64,000 nucleotides of DNA from Terracidiphilus sp. (GTDB lineage: Bacteria > Acidobacteriota > Terriglobia > Terriglobales > Acidobacteriaceae), in the NCBI GenBank assembly GCA_049977045.1, contig JBMFHB010000002.1:47355-111354 (forward strand), read 5' to 3'. The notes below the pieces were generated by a model. It was given only the letters and a program-made list of their open reading frames with translations, was not told where the DNA came from and did no database searches. Below are positions 19,630 to 28,859 of this stretch, piece after piece; within the stretch, counting starts at the first letter, position 1, and each line of letters opens with the position of its first letter. The position numbers were made by a program, and so were the translations under genes.

Positions 19630-21708
19630 TTATCGCTGCGCGGGCTCGGTAGGTGGCGGCAAGGCGCTATCCGCGCCGTCGAGACGCCGAATGTGCACGC
19701 TGGCCTCAGTTTCGGGAACCGTACCATTGTTGGCCTGAACTTCAGTGGGACGGCCCTGGATAAGAATGTGCTGCGCGATCGAGCCGCGCGCGGGAACGAG
19801 GATGCGCTGGGTCACCGAAGTGTCGGCGTTGCGCACGATGACAGGAATTTCGGCAGTTGCGTAGCCGGAGTTGGAGAGGCTTACGGTAACGAGCCATCCG
19901 TTGGCGATGGCAGTCTCGTCATCAGTATTAGTCGAGCTCGATGTGTGCGCGGGCCGCTCCACGGAGGTAAAAAAGACGTTATTGATGGCGATGTCGGGAA
20001 GTCCTTTGTCGGCGTCGATCCAATCGGCGAAGAACCACGATAAATCGCGGCGCAGACCGGCCTGTTCGAGGAGCTTTTCGAACGATCCCGATCCCGACGC
20101 GGGCCCAAGACCACGCGCTGCGTCCTGCGCGGGATCGTAGGCTCGCAGCGCGGCGGAGAGCGCGGCATCGCCGACCAGATCGCGCAGCATCCAGAAGACA
20201 TAAGCGGCTTTGGTGCGGTAGTAGATGGGCGAGATGGCCTGGGCGAGCGGCTGGCCGGCGCTCTCGCCGGGGCTGGAAGGCTCGATCAGCGCCAGCGCGG
20301 CGCGGCCCGATGCCAGCGATTCGAGCGCCTTTTCGCGGCCCAACTGTTTTTCAAGCCATAACGTTCCCATGAAGTGCGCGACACCTTCGCTCAACCAGGC
20401 GCGAGGCGACGACATCCACGCGTGGGTCAGCGCATGAGCCATGGCTCCCGTGAGGCGATCGCTCGGAAGCTGCCTGATGGGAATGACCAGCAGCGCGCCG
20501 GTTTCGAAGGGCGCGTCCTGGGGATCTGGAGGATCGAGAACCGTGAGCTGCGAACGCGGCGCATGGCCAAGCCAGCCGGCGAGGAAGGGCGTGACCGTGG
20601 AAATCGCAGAGGACCATGCGGGAACGGCTGCGTCGTCGGCCGGCAACGTCCAGAGAGTGGTGTTGGTGGCGTGGCTCTGGTTGCGCACGGCGACGAAGAG
20701 GCTGGGGGCCTCAAAGCCGAGCGTCGCGCTCTCCAGCGTGGCCGTGGCGATGCCGGGGATCTCGCCGCCTCCGTTCTGGGGCTCGGTGATGGCGAGCGGT
20801 ACGGAATGTCCGTTGATGAGAGCGACTGTGGGCTTGTGATCGTGAGGAAACTCGACGGTGAGGTGCAGGAAGAAATGCGCGCCGGCCATGCGCAGCTTGT
20901 GCTCGCCCATCTCGTCGAAGACGCGCGAACCATCGCCAAGAATCACCGGGACGGAGGAGGCAGGATACCAGACCACATTGCCGAAGCCGCGCAGGCCGGT
21001 AAAGTCGGTATCGATCTCGTCCCAGTCGGAGTGCAGAGCCATGTCTTCGGGAGTTCCAAGAGCGATGAGCCGTTGCGCCGACTGCAGAATCGTGCCGGAA
21101 TACGTGACATCGAGTTGCATCGAAGCGCCGGGCGCGAGCGGCGTGGAGAGCTTGACAGCGGCCTCATGAAGCTGGCCAGTGTGGTCTGTGTCGGAGTTGA
21201 GCGTGGCGACGGTATAGAGAGCGTCCCGGCCAGCAACGCGGATGCGCTCCCAGCGGAGCGACGAAGAGAGCTGGAGCGGGATGTACGCGAGCGGCCCTTT
21301 GCCGTCGTTGCGCACGGTAATGAGGGCGCGGACGGCAATCTCGTGCGTGGCGGGGCGGAGATGCACATCCATATTGAATTCCGTGAAGGTGACAGCCTCG
21401 CGCTCTGCGTCGCTGGCGGTCGGCGCCTGGACAGCTTCGCCGCCGGGGTTCTTCACTTGCACGCCGGGACCGACGGTGGTCGTGGTCACGCCGTTCTTGT
21501 CGGTTGAGCGCGAGAAGATGACCTGGCCGTGATGAGGCTGCTCCTGCGAAGCCGCAGGCGTGCTTTGCGCTGCTCCGGGAAGCGCGACGAAGAGCAAAAC
21601 GCTCGCGAGAATGAGATGGATTGTGCGCGAGAACTCCCAGCTTTTCGCAAGGAACGCGAAAGGTTGGGGCACGGGGCTGGTTGCAACATCGAAAGATTGA
21701 TTTCTCAT
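19630..21708 (-). CDS. exported gluzincin (MA clan) peptidase-like protein with HALTH in place of HExxH
   Basis: Signal-like N-terminus. MAHALTHAWMSSPRAWLSEGVAHF resembles the HExxH...E zinc site, but the Glu codon is GCG (Ala; motif at nt 20386-20436). Confidence 0.6.
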   Translation of the reverse strand: MRNQSFDVATSPVPQPFAFLAKSWEFSRTIHLILASVLLFVALPGAAQSTPAASQEQPHHGQVIFSRSTDKNGVTTTTVGPGVQVKNPGGEAVQAPTASDAEREAVTFTEFNMDVHLRPATHEIAVRALITVRNDGKGPLAYIPLQLSSSLRWERIRVAGRDALYTVATLNSDTDHTGQLHEAAVKLSTPLAPGASMQLDVTYSGTILQSAQRLIALGTPEDMALHSDWDEIDTDFTGLRGFGNVVWYPASSVPVILGDGSRVFDEMGEHKLRMAGAHFFLHLTVEFPHDHKPTVALINGHSVPLAITEPQNGGGEIPGIATATLESATLGFEAPSLFVAVRNQSHATNTTLWTLPADDAAVPAWSSAISTVTPFLAGWLGHAPRSQLTVLDPPDPQDAPFETGALLVIPIRQLPSDRLTGAMAHALTHAWMSSPRAWLSEGVAHFMGTLWLEKQLGREKALESLASGRAALALIEPSSPGESAGQPLAQAISPIYYRTKAAYVFWMLRDLVGDAALSAALRAYDPAQDAARGLGPASGSGSFEKLLEQAGLRRDLSWFFADWIDADKGLPDIAINNVFFTSVERPAHTSSSTNTDDETAIANGWLVTVSLSNSGYATAEIPVIVRNADTSVTQRILVPARGSIAQHILIQGRPTEVQANNGTVPETEASVHIRRLDGADSALPPPTEPAQR

Positions 21709-22514
21709 GAGCCGAGGCCTTTCGCACTGCCACTGCGTGGAGCAGACTTTGGGACGGGTGTCGTGGAGATTCCGGCGGCAGCGCGGCGCTGGCGGGCGGC
21801 CTCGTAAAGAACCACGGCCCCCGCGGCGGAGACATTGAGCGAGTTGACGCCGCCGGCCATGGGAATGCGCAGCAGGTGGTCGCAGGTGCGGCGAACGAGG
21901 TCGTGCAAGCCGGCGCCTTCGCGGCCCAGCACAACCACAAGATTGCCGGTAAGGTCGAAACGGTCGTAGTCGGTCTGTCCGCGTTCGTCGAGCCCGACAA
22001 CCCAGAGATTCCGCCGCTTGAGATCTTCAAGCGCGCGGACCAGATTGACGACGCGCGCGATGCGCAGGTGCTCGGCCGCGCCAGCGCTGGCCTTGACGGC
22101 CACGGGACTCAAGGGTGCGGAGCGGCGCTCGGTGAGGACGACGCCGTCAACACCGGCGCCATCGGCCACGCGCAGCAACGCGCCCAGATTCTGCGGATCC
22201 TCGACGCCGTCTAGCGCAAGGATGAGGCGCGCGGCGGAAGGGTTTCCGGTTGCCGGCTCGAAGAGATCTTCAAGGGCGAGAAACTCCTGCGCGCGGACGA
22301 GCGCGACGACGCCCTGGTGCGCGGGCGTACTGGCGGCGAGCGTCAACTGCTCGCGCGGCTGCTCAAGCACGCGGACGTGAGCCTGACGGCACTGCGCGAC
22401 AAGGCGATCGAGACGCGCGTCGCGGCGCTCACGCGCCACGAGGACATGATCGAAGCGGCGCTTTCCGGCTTTGAGAGCCTCCTCCACCGGATGCAGGCCG
22501 TAGAGAACTTCCAT
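21705..22514 (-). CDS. rlmB: 23S rRNA 2'-O-ribose methyltransferase (SpoU/TrmH family, RlmB-like)
   Basis: N-terminal substrate-binding domain (LYGLHPVEEAL) plus SpoU methylase motifs (LVVVLGREGAGL, IPMAGGVNSLNVS). Confidence 0.85.
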   Translation of the reverse strand: MEVLYGLHPVEEALKAGKRRFDHVLVARERRDARLDRLVAQCRQAHVRVLEQPREQLTLAASTPAHQGVVALVRAQEFLALEDLFEPATGNPSAARLILALDGVEDPQNLGALLRVADGAGVDGVVLTERRSAPLSPVAVKASAGAAEHLRIARVVNLVRALEDLKRRNLWVVGLDERGQTDYDRFDLTGNLVVVLGREGAGLHDLVRRTCDHLLRIPMAGGVNSLNVSAAGAVVLYEAARQRRAAAGISTTPVPKSAPRSGSAKGLGS

Positions 22515-22537
22515 AAAGTTAGTTTAGTTGGCGGAGG

Positions 22538-22885
22538 CTATGCAGAGAGCTTGGCGCTGGCGAGGCGATTGAGACTCACTCCCTGTTCCGCCGCTGCGAT
22601 AGACAACGAGCGATGCACTGCAGGGGGGATACGAACGCGAAATTGGCCGCTGTAGTGTTTCGTTGCCAATGGAACAGGGACCGGCTCTCCTGCCGATTCC
22701 ATATCTTTGACCGCTGCATTCACGACCTTGCGAATTCCAATGAGCGCGTCTTCCGGAGTTCGCGCCAGCCACGAAAGCGAAGGCAACTCTGCGCAAAGGC
22801 CGACATATTCCCGATCTTCCGCCGACCAGGTGACTCGATAGGTGAAGAAATCAATCTTTGGATTTCTCTTTTGGTTTTGCTTCAT
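22538..22885 (-). CDS. hicB: HicB family antitoxin with C-terminal ribbon-helix-helix
   Basis: YRVTWSAEDREYVGLCAELPSLSWLARTPEDAL HicB fold plus VRIPPAVHRSLSIAAAEQGVSLNRL RHH. Confidence 0.85.
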   Translation of the reverse strand: MKQNQKRNPKIDFFTYRVTWSAEDREYVGLCAELPSLSWLARTPEDALIGIRKVVNAAVKDMESAGEPVPVPLATKHYSGQFRVRIPPAVHRSLSIAAAEQGVSLNRLASAKLSA

Positions 22886-22887
22886 GG

Positions 22888-23133
22888 TTAAGTCCTTTTC
22901 AACTTATCGATCGCCGCCAAAACCTGTCGCACTTGATAAGCCTTAGCCTTCCCTTTCTCACTCTGGATATTCACGCGCGGATCGCCTGGCCACGGGGTCT
23001 TGAAGACAGCGTGACTTGTACCGTGCTGGCGGGGTTTGCCAAAATGCTCTACGCATAGCCGAAAAAGGTCTCCAAACCGTACATTTGCCGGCGCGCGGCG
23101 CATTGCTTCTACAATTTCCCTCGAAGTAGCCAT
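22888..23133 (-). CDS. hicA: HicA family mRNA interferase toxin
   Basis: GTSHAVFKTPWPGDPRVNIQ...KAKAYQVRQVLAAI; lies immediately upstream of hicB; start set to ATG 23133. Confidence 0.8.
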   Translation of the reverse strand: MATSREIVEAMRRAPANVRFGDLFRLCVEHFGKPRQHGTSHAVFKTPWPGDPRVNIQSEKGKAKAYQVRQVLAAIDKLKRT

Positions 23134-23388
23134 GCCCTTTTCTATGGTATCACTATTGGAACCATCTATCGAGCACAGATCTCCCGCGCCCCACTTTGAA
23201 CGACACGAAGTGCGCCGGATTGCAGCGCCCATCTATTTCGATAAACGAATTGCCCGCTGCACAAAGCGGCCACCGAATCGGCTTCGGCCAGTGACCGAGC
23301 GGCTAGCTGCCTACACTGTGCGAGAGGAGAAGAAGACCGTAAGATCGGTCAGCTCCCGAAGATCGCCATTCGCGAGAGGATGGTTGAA

Positions 23389-24306
23389 CTACGCGTCGCC
23401 GTGGTGTTTCGAGTCAACCTGGAGGGTGAGCTTCTGTTGTTTCTTATCGCGCAGAATCGTCACCTGCACGGGCTTGTCCCGATTGGAGCGCAGGGCGCGA
23501 GCCCAGTCAGCCGAGGTCGCCATGGAGTCGGCGCCCACCTTGAGAATCACGTCGAAGGCCCGCAGTCCGGCGGCGGCGGCCTCGCTCTTTTGGGCAACCT
23601 GCTTCACCATCAGGCCACTCTTGACACCCAGGTACTCGGCCATCTGCGAGGTGAGCGGCTCAACCAGAGCGCCTACGTCGAGCGTACTCGCAAAGAAAGG
23701 GACGTGAAATCTGCTCGATGGAACAGCGGTGTTGTCGCCGCTCATCATGTCCATCGCCGGAGTCGAGCCCGCGGAACCGCCCAGCCGCGACGGCACGATG
23801 CTCTCGACATCCGCGCCAATCTTCGACCAGATGCTCTTTTCCATGGCTCTGCGGTCGGCCAGTTGCACTTCCATTGTTTGCACGCTGCCATCGCGGCTGA
23901 TCTCGAGATTGATCTTGCGGCCCGGAGGAATCTGCCGCAACATGCGGCGCAACTGCTCGGCGTCGCCCACGCTCTGGCCGTCAATAGCCAGCACCACATC
24001 ATTCACCTTGAGTCCGGCCTGGCCGGCGGGCGCATCGTGATCGATCAGAGTAATGAGAGCGCCGTGCGGTTCCTTCAATTTGAGCGACTGCGCCTTGCCG
24101 GCGTCGATGTCGGTGACATCGACGCCCAGATAACCGGCCGGGCTGGCATGTGCGATGACGGGATGGGAATTCGCAAGGAGAGGCGTGAGCGACTGCGCCT
24201 GGGAATGCGCCGTGCGTGGCGCCAGGAGGAGGCAGATTGCCGAAACCAGCGAGGCGCAACCAAGGAAAGAATTGAACGTGCGGTAAGGCCTCAAAAAGTA
24301 CCTCAT
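23389..24306 (-). CDS. exported protein with two PDZ domains and no protease domain
   Basis: Signal peptide plus two HtrA-like PDZ units (GYLGVDVTDID...GLKVNDVVLAIDG; MAEYLGVKSGLMVKQV...GLRAFDVILKVG). Confidence 0.8.
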   Translation of the reverse strand: MRYFLRPYRTFNSFLGCASLVSAICLLLAPRTAHSQAQSLTPLLANSHPVIAHASPAGYLGVDVTDIDAGKAQSLKLKEPHGALITLIDHDAPAGQAGLKVNDVVLAIDGQSVGDAEQLRRMLRQIPPGRKINLEISRDGSVQTMEVQLADRRAMEKSIWSKIGADVESIVPSRLGGSAGSTPAMDMMSGDNTAVPSSRFHVPFFASTLDVGALVEPLTSQMAEYLGVKSGLMVKQVAQKSEAAAAGLRAFDVILKVGADSMATSADWARALRSNRDKPVQVTILRDKKQQKLTLQVDSKHHGDA

Positions 24307-24381
24307 CGGTATCTCCCGTCGCAGTTGATCGTCCGGTCTGCGCTCATCGAGACGGCGCAGTGGCCGGAAAGGTTAGCAAGC

Positions 24382-25365
24382 CTACTGAATCTCCGGCACC
24401 CGGCTCAAAACCTGCCGGGAAACATTTCTGATCCGCGGGTTGTCGTCGGAGTTGGAGACGGAGTAAAGCACCTGGCGAACGCTCATATCGGCATCGACCG
24501 GCTCCAACAGACCAATGGCAGCCGTGCGGATCGACGGATCATTGTCGTTCAGTACAGCTTCAAGCACCGCATCGCGCACGCGGATGTCGTCAGCTACGTA
24601 AGGCTCCAGGCCTTCGAGCGCCTTTTGGCGCACCTTGGCGCTGTGGTCGTAGCGCAACGCCACCATAAGCGCCTCGCGGACGCCGGTCGACTTGCAACTG
24701 CGGTCTGCGCGGCACTCGGCCGCGAGCAGGGCCACGGAGTCCCCGCGCACGCCCGCCGGGGCATTCTGCGCGGCCAGCATGAGCAGTTGACGGATCTGCG
24801 GATCGTCGAGCGATCCCTCCACATGGCGCGGCACAATCTGGTTGTAGCTCACATCCACAAGGTCGCTGTTGGGCTCCCGTGCAATGCCGGAGATGCTGGC
24901 CACATTGGCCAGTGCGGGCAGCGCGGCCGCAGGCTGCGTCTTGAAGGCCGCGGGAGCTGCAATCTGCGCAGCCGCCGCGTGGGCCGCGCGGTTTAGCGCG
25001 TATTCGTACCCGCCGAGAACCCCGGCTCCCGCGCCTGCCACCAATAAAAGCAGCGCCGCAACCGGCGCGGCCTGCAGGCTCGAGAAGTTGCCCAGGATGC
25101 GCTCGCCGAGGCGCTCATACCAGCGCTTGGGCGGCAGCGCATCGAGCGATTCGTCCAGGCGCAGGCGCGCGCGAGCAACAAGATTCGGTCCCGGCTCCAC
25201 AACAGGATAGGCGCCGGCAAGCGTCTTGAGCGCCAGCACATGCTCGCGCTCCTTCCGGCACTCCGCGCAGGCAGCCACGTGCCGCTCCAGTTCGTGGGTC
25301 AGTTCGTCGGACAACTCTCCGTAAGCAGAGGTTACAATCCGTTCGTGTGCAAGTTGGCAATTCAT
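24382..25365 (-). CDS. anti-sigma factor (zf-HC2) with one TM helix and extracytoplasmic HEAT-like repeats
   Basis: MNCQLAHERI...HVAACAECRKE zinc-finger anti-sigma motif; TM VAALLLLVAGAGAGVLGG; repetitive helical C-terminus. Start set to ATG 25365 (GAGGA upstream). Confidence 0.8.
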   Translation of the reverse strand: MNCQLAHERIVTSAYGELSDELTHELERHVAACAECRKEREHVLALKTLAGAYPVVEPGPNLVARARLRLDESLDALPPKRWYERLGERILGNFSSLQAAPVAALLLLVAGAGAGVLGGYEYALNRAAHAAAAQIAAPAAFKTQPAAALPALANVASISGIAREPNSDLVDVSYNQIVPRHVEGSLDDPQIRQLLMLAAQNAPAGVRGDSVALLAAECRADRSCKSTGVREALMVALRYDHSAKVRQKALEGLEPYVADDIRVRDAVLEAVLNDNDPSIRTAAIGLLEPVDADMSVRQVLYSVSNSDDNPRIRNVSRQVLSRVPEIQ

Positions 25366-25399
25366 GGTGTCACGTCCTCTAAGCCTCAAAAAGCAGCAG

Positions 25400-25428
25400 T
25401 CAGCTTTCAGCTACCAGTTCTCAGTTCA
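25400..25428 (-). repeat. stop-rich short-repeat block between the sigma and anti-sigma genes
   Basis: Minus-strand stops read from plus-strand TCA 25400, TCA 25407, CTA 25411, TCA 25421 and TCA 25426 cover all three frames. Confidence 0.6.
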
Positions 25429-25535
25429 TCGTCCGCAGTTCGAGCTTGTCGTATTCTCTGCGGATCTTCGCGCTCAGTTGCCGAAATCTGTCTCTCTCCT
25501 CAAAAAACTGATAGCCGACGGCTGACAGCTAACGG

Positions 25536-26213
25536 TCATCTCAACTCCGCCAGTTGCGCGCGCAACTTTTTCGTTGCGCGGAAGAGGGTGTTCTTGGCGG
25601 TCTCTTCCGTGGTGTTCAGCATCTCGCCGATGGTACGGAGCCTGAGGCCCTGATAGTGCTTCAGCTCGAAGACCATCCGCTCGCGCGGCGTCAACTTTCC
25701 CAGCGCCGCCTGAATTTTTTCTCCCAGCAGCTTGCGATCGAGTTCACGCGCCGGGTTGGAAAACGATCGATTATCGGAGACCGAGGCCAGCAGGTCGATC
25801 TCGTCGCCGGCGCGGTCCACCAGCACCGCGTGGTCCTCGCGGCGGGTCTTGCGGCGCCGCAACTGGTCCAGGCACAGGTTGGTGACGATGCGGTAAATCC
25901 ATGTGTAGAACGAGCACTCGAAGCGGAAGTTTCCCAGGTAGCGGTAGGCCTTTAAGAATGCCTCCTGGTAGATGTCCTCCGCATCCTGCTCCGAACCGGT
26001 CAGGTGCAAGGCCAGACGCAGCACCTGATGCTCGTACTGCCGCACCAAGGCATCGAAGGCTGCGCGCGACCCCGCCTGCGCCTCGCGGATCAGGTCCATT
26101 TCCAGCGCACGACTGTAGGCGTGCTCGTCTAGCTGAGCCGCGTCGCGCCCGCTCTCGTCCTTTGGGCTCGCACTCTCCCGGTTCGTGCCGTCCATTGCCC
26201 TTGTCGCAGCCAT
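25536..26213 (-). CDS. ECF-type RNA polymerase sigma-70 family factor
   Basis: Region 2 (DAEDIYQEAFLKAYRYL, FYTWIYRIVTN) and region 4 (LTPRERMVFELKHYQGLRLRTIGEML). Start is uncertain (26213 chosen). Confidence 0.85.
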   Translation of the reverse strand: MAATRAMDGTNRESASPKDESGRDAAQLDEHAYSRALEMDLIREAQAGSRAAFDALVRQYEHQVLRLALHLTGSEQDAEDIYQEAFLKAYRYLGNFRFECSFYTWIYRIVTNLCLDQLRRRKTRREDHAVLVDRAGDEIDLLASVSDNRSFSNPARELDRKLLGEKIQAALGKLTPRERMVFELKHYQGLRLRTIGEMLNTTEETAKNTLFRATKKLRAQLAELR

Positions 26214-26483
26214 GCCTGGAAAGGATTGTACGCCCCGCCCGGTTAACGGGGCGAAAACAGCTGCGCTCTGAAACCGGGCAAATGGAACGCTGACCACATC
26301 TCCATCCATCAGATGCTCTCCGGCAAGGTCAAGCTTGTACGCATAAAAATAGACGTGGATGGAAGGATTTGGAAAGCAGGGGCGGGGCAAGCCAGTAGCC
26401 GGCAGCTTGCAGCTTGTGATTGCCGGCTGCTGACTGCCTCCTGGTTCCGTGTCCCTCTTATCTGCCTATACACTTAAGAAGCG

Positions 26484-26966
26484 ATGACTGGAAATCTTTT
26501 TGGAAACGAGGCCATTGGCGCCAGGCAGCCGGCCGAAGGGTGGTTTACGGCGCATTGTGACGGCGGATCGCGGGGAAACCCTGGGCCGGCTGGTTTTGGC
26601 GCGGTGATTGAGGACTCCGAGGGGCAGGTGACGGCTCGGCTCAGCGAGTATCTGGGCCGCCAGACCAACAATTACGCCGAGTATAAGGGGCTGCTGTCCG
26701 TGCTCGCCTGGGCGCTTGCCAACGGCGTGCGGCGGCTGCGGGTGGTCTCCGACTCCGAGCTGATGGTGCGGCAGATGAAGGGCATCTACAAGGTGAAGAA
26801 TCCGGGCCTGCGGCCGCTTTGGGAGGAGGCGCAGCAGATGGCGCGGCGGCTGGACAGCTTTGAGATGCGGCACACCCTGCGCGAGGGAAATAAAGAAGCG
26901 GACCGGCTTGCCAATGCCGCGATGGACAGTGGACAGGCCAAAGCAGCCAAAGCCGAGCGGCGGTAA
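26484..26966 (+). CDS. rnhA: ribonuclease H (type 1)
   Basis: CDGGSRGNPGPAGFGAVI, NNYAEYKGLL and GNKEADRLAN catalytic motifs. Confidence 0.85.
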   Translation: MTGNLFGNEAIGARQPAEGWFTAHCDGGSRGNPGPAGFGAVIEDSEGQVTARLSEYLGRQTNNYAEYKGLLSVLAWALANGVRRLRVVSDSELMVRQMKGIYKVKNPGLRPLWEEAQQMARRLDSFEMRHTLREGNKEADRLANAAMDSGQAKAAKAERR

Positions 26967-27188
26967 GAAGCATCGGAGCCTGATGGCACGGACTTTTTAT
27001 GCCGCCGTGACTGGCGCCGACAATAATCGTCTTTTCAATGCTTTGCGAGCGCATAATCTTACACATTCGTGCTATTACTTTAGATTTTTAGCCGAATACA
27101 ACCATCAATTGAAACTATGTATCCTATAAATGGTTGAAGTGCCTTGGTTCTTCTTCCTTGCCTGAGATATCTTCCAGGAGGAGATGCA

Positions 27189-28649
27189 ATGAGGAAAGAA
27201 AAAACGCAGGATCAGGCGCCAGACATACGTCTGTGGGTTTCTATTACTTTTGTGTGTCTGCTGGCTGTGGCTCTCTTTGTGGCCTCATGTAGCAGCGGCA
27301 CGCAATCCTCGTCCAGTTCAGGAATGGGCACCGCGAACGTGATGTTGAGCGATCCTGCCACCTGCGCGGGACCCGGCGGCCCGTTTTCCCACGTCTACGT
27401 CACCATCACGGACGTACAGGCCAACGTAAGTTCAACCGCGTCAGCCAATGACAGCGGATGGGTCGATCTCACCCCCAATTTGTCCAGCGCGCCCAAGCAG
27501 GTCGATCTCCTCGGTCAGGCCAACAACCAGTGCTTTCTGGCTACGCTTGGTGCCACACAGCAGCTTCAGGCGGGCACGTACCAGCAGATTCGGCTGATCC
27601 TGGCCAGCAACAGCGCCACTGGCATCTCGGGCAACGCATGCGGCAACGCAAACTCAAACAACTGCGTGGTGCTGTCCTCCGACTCAAGCGTTCACCCACT
27701 CCTGCTTTCGAGCGAATCACAGACCGGTATCAAGATTCCTTCGGGCCAGATTGCCTCGGGAGGATTCACGATCGCAGCAGGACAAACCAAGGATCTGGAC
27801 ATCGATTTCAGTACCTGCGAGTCGATCATCGAAGAGGGCAACGGGCAATACCGCCTGAAGCCCGTTCTGCACGCGGGCGAGGTAAGCACGACCTCGACTT
27901 CGATCAACGGCACGGTACTGGATGCGGCAACGGGCAATGCAGTGAAGGGCAGCGTGCTTATCTCGGTGGAACAGAAGGACTCGGCCGGAGTAGACCGAGT
28001 CCAGAGGTCCACGCTGACAGACGCTGACGGCTCGTTCGTCTTTTGCCCGCTTCCCGCTGGAACCTACGACCTAGTGATCGTTGGCACGCGGTCGGATGGT
28101 GTGCTTTACCTGCCGTCCATCGTGACGGGAGTATCGGTGGGCTCGACGGTAGGCAACGTGAAACTGTATCTCCCGGCGGCTACCGCGACAAGCATGGCAA
28201 GCCTGACGGGGACCGTGACCTCACAGAACACCTCAATGACGGGAACGGTAGCTGATATTCAGTTGAGCGTGCTGGAGACCGTCAATTCCAACACCTATAC
28301 CATTCCGCTGCCCCCGACGTCGTCGCAATCCTCGGCCACGCTCGCCCTGGAGACGGCCGCGACAAGCAACACACCACCGAGTTGCCCTCTGGGCACGGAC
28401 TGTGCAAACTACTCGCTGACGGTTCCCTCCGGCGGAGTTTATGCCGGCGCATGGACTTCGGGCGGAGTCAGTCTGACGGCGGGCGCGATGTGGGCAAGCT
28501 ACGCAGTGGATGCAAATGCGTCTGTCCCAAGTTCGGGCGGGACATCGGATTGCAGCCCATCGGAGATGACGTCGCAGGCCACCACCCTTACGGCGGCTGG
28601 ACCATTTACCGTTCCCGTGAAGACACTTGCGTTTTTGCAGTGCCAGTAA
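27189..28649 (+). CDS. lipoprotein with DUF4382-like N-terminal domain and carboxypeptidase-regulatory-like beta-sandwich
   Basis: Lipobox LFVASC. HVYVTITDVQAN...WVDL...KQVDLL pattern, then a GTVLDAATGNAVKGSVLI...DADGSFVFCPLPAGTYDL module. GGAGGAG RBS lies before ATG 27189; upstream leader is AT-rich. Confidence 0.7.
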   Translation: MRKEKTQDQAPDIRLWVSITFVCLLAVALFVASCSSGTQSSSSSGMGTANVMLSDPATCAGPGGPFSHVYVTITDVQANVSSTASANDSGWVDLTPNLSSAPKQVDLLGQANNQCFLATLGATQQLQAGTYQQIRLILASNSATGISGNACGNANSNNCVVLSSDSSVHPLLLSSESQTGIKIPSGQIASGGFTIAAGQTKDLDIDFSTCESIIEEGNGQYRLKPVLHAGEVSTTSTSINGTVLDAATGNAVKGSVLISVEQKDSAGVDRVQRSTLTDADGSFVFCPLPAGTYDLVIVGTRSDGVLYLPSIVTGVSVGSTVGNVKLYLPAATATSMASLTGTVTSQNTSMTGTVADIQLSVLETVNSNTYTIPLPPTSSQSSATLALETAATSNTPPSCPLGTDCANYSLTVPSGGVYAGAWTSGGVSLTAGAMWASYAVDANASVPSSGGTSDCSPSEMTSQATTLTAAGPFTVPVKTLAFLQCQ

Positions 28650-28666
28650 AGCGAATCAACCCCAAC

Positions 28667-28705
28667 AAAAGGCCGTAGCTTCCATGGAAGCTACGGCCTT
28701 TTTCT
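28667..28705. terminator. bidirectional intrinsic terminator between convergent genes
   Basis: Perfect 28-nt palindrome GGCCGTAGCTTCCATGGAAGCTACGGCC (28671-28698), flanked by AAAA upstream and TTTTT downstream. Confidence 0.8.
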
Positions 28706-28859
28706 CGTGCGCCGCCCGTAGCGCCGCCCGCAGCGCCATGGTCCCATTCAAGAATCCACCGGTCTCCGGGCAGCAGCTTGCACATTTCAGGCGTCAAAGC
28801 CCTGGGCTTCCATTACAGCCAAAAGAGTCTTTCCTCGCAGTGCGAAATACTGGCGTACG

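Noticed and set aside
26967-27188. AT-rich ~220-bp stretch considered as a horizontally acquired island or small-RNA gene.
   Set aside because: It is most simply the promoter/leader of the DUF4382-like lipoprotein gene. It has no flanking repeats, integrase or conserved structure that I could see.
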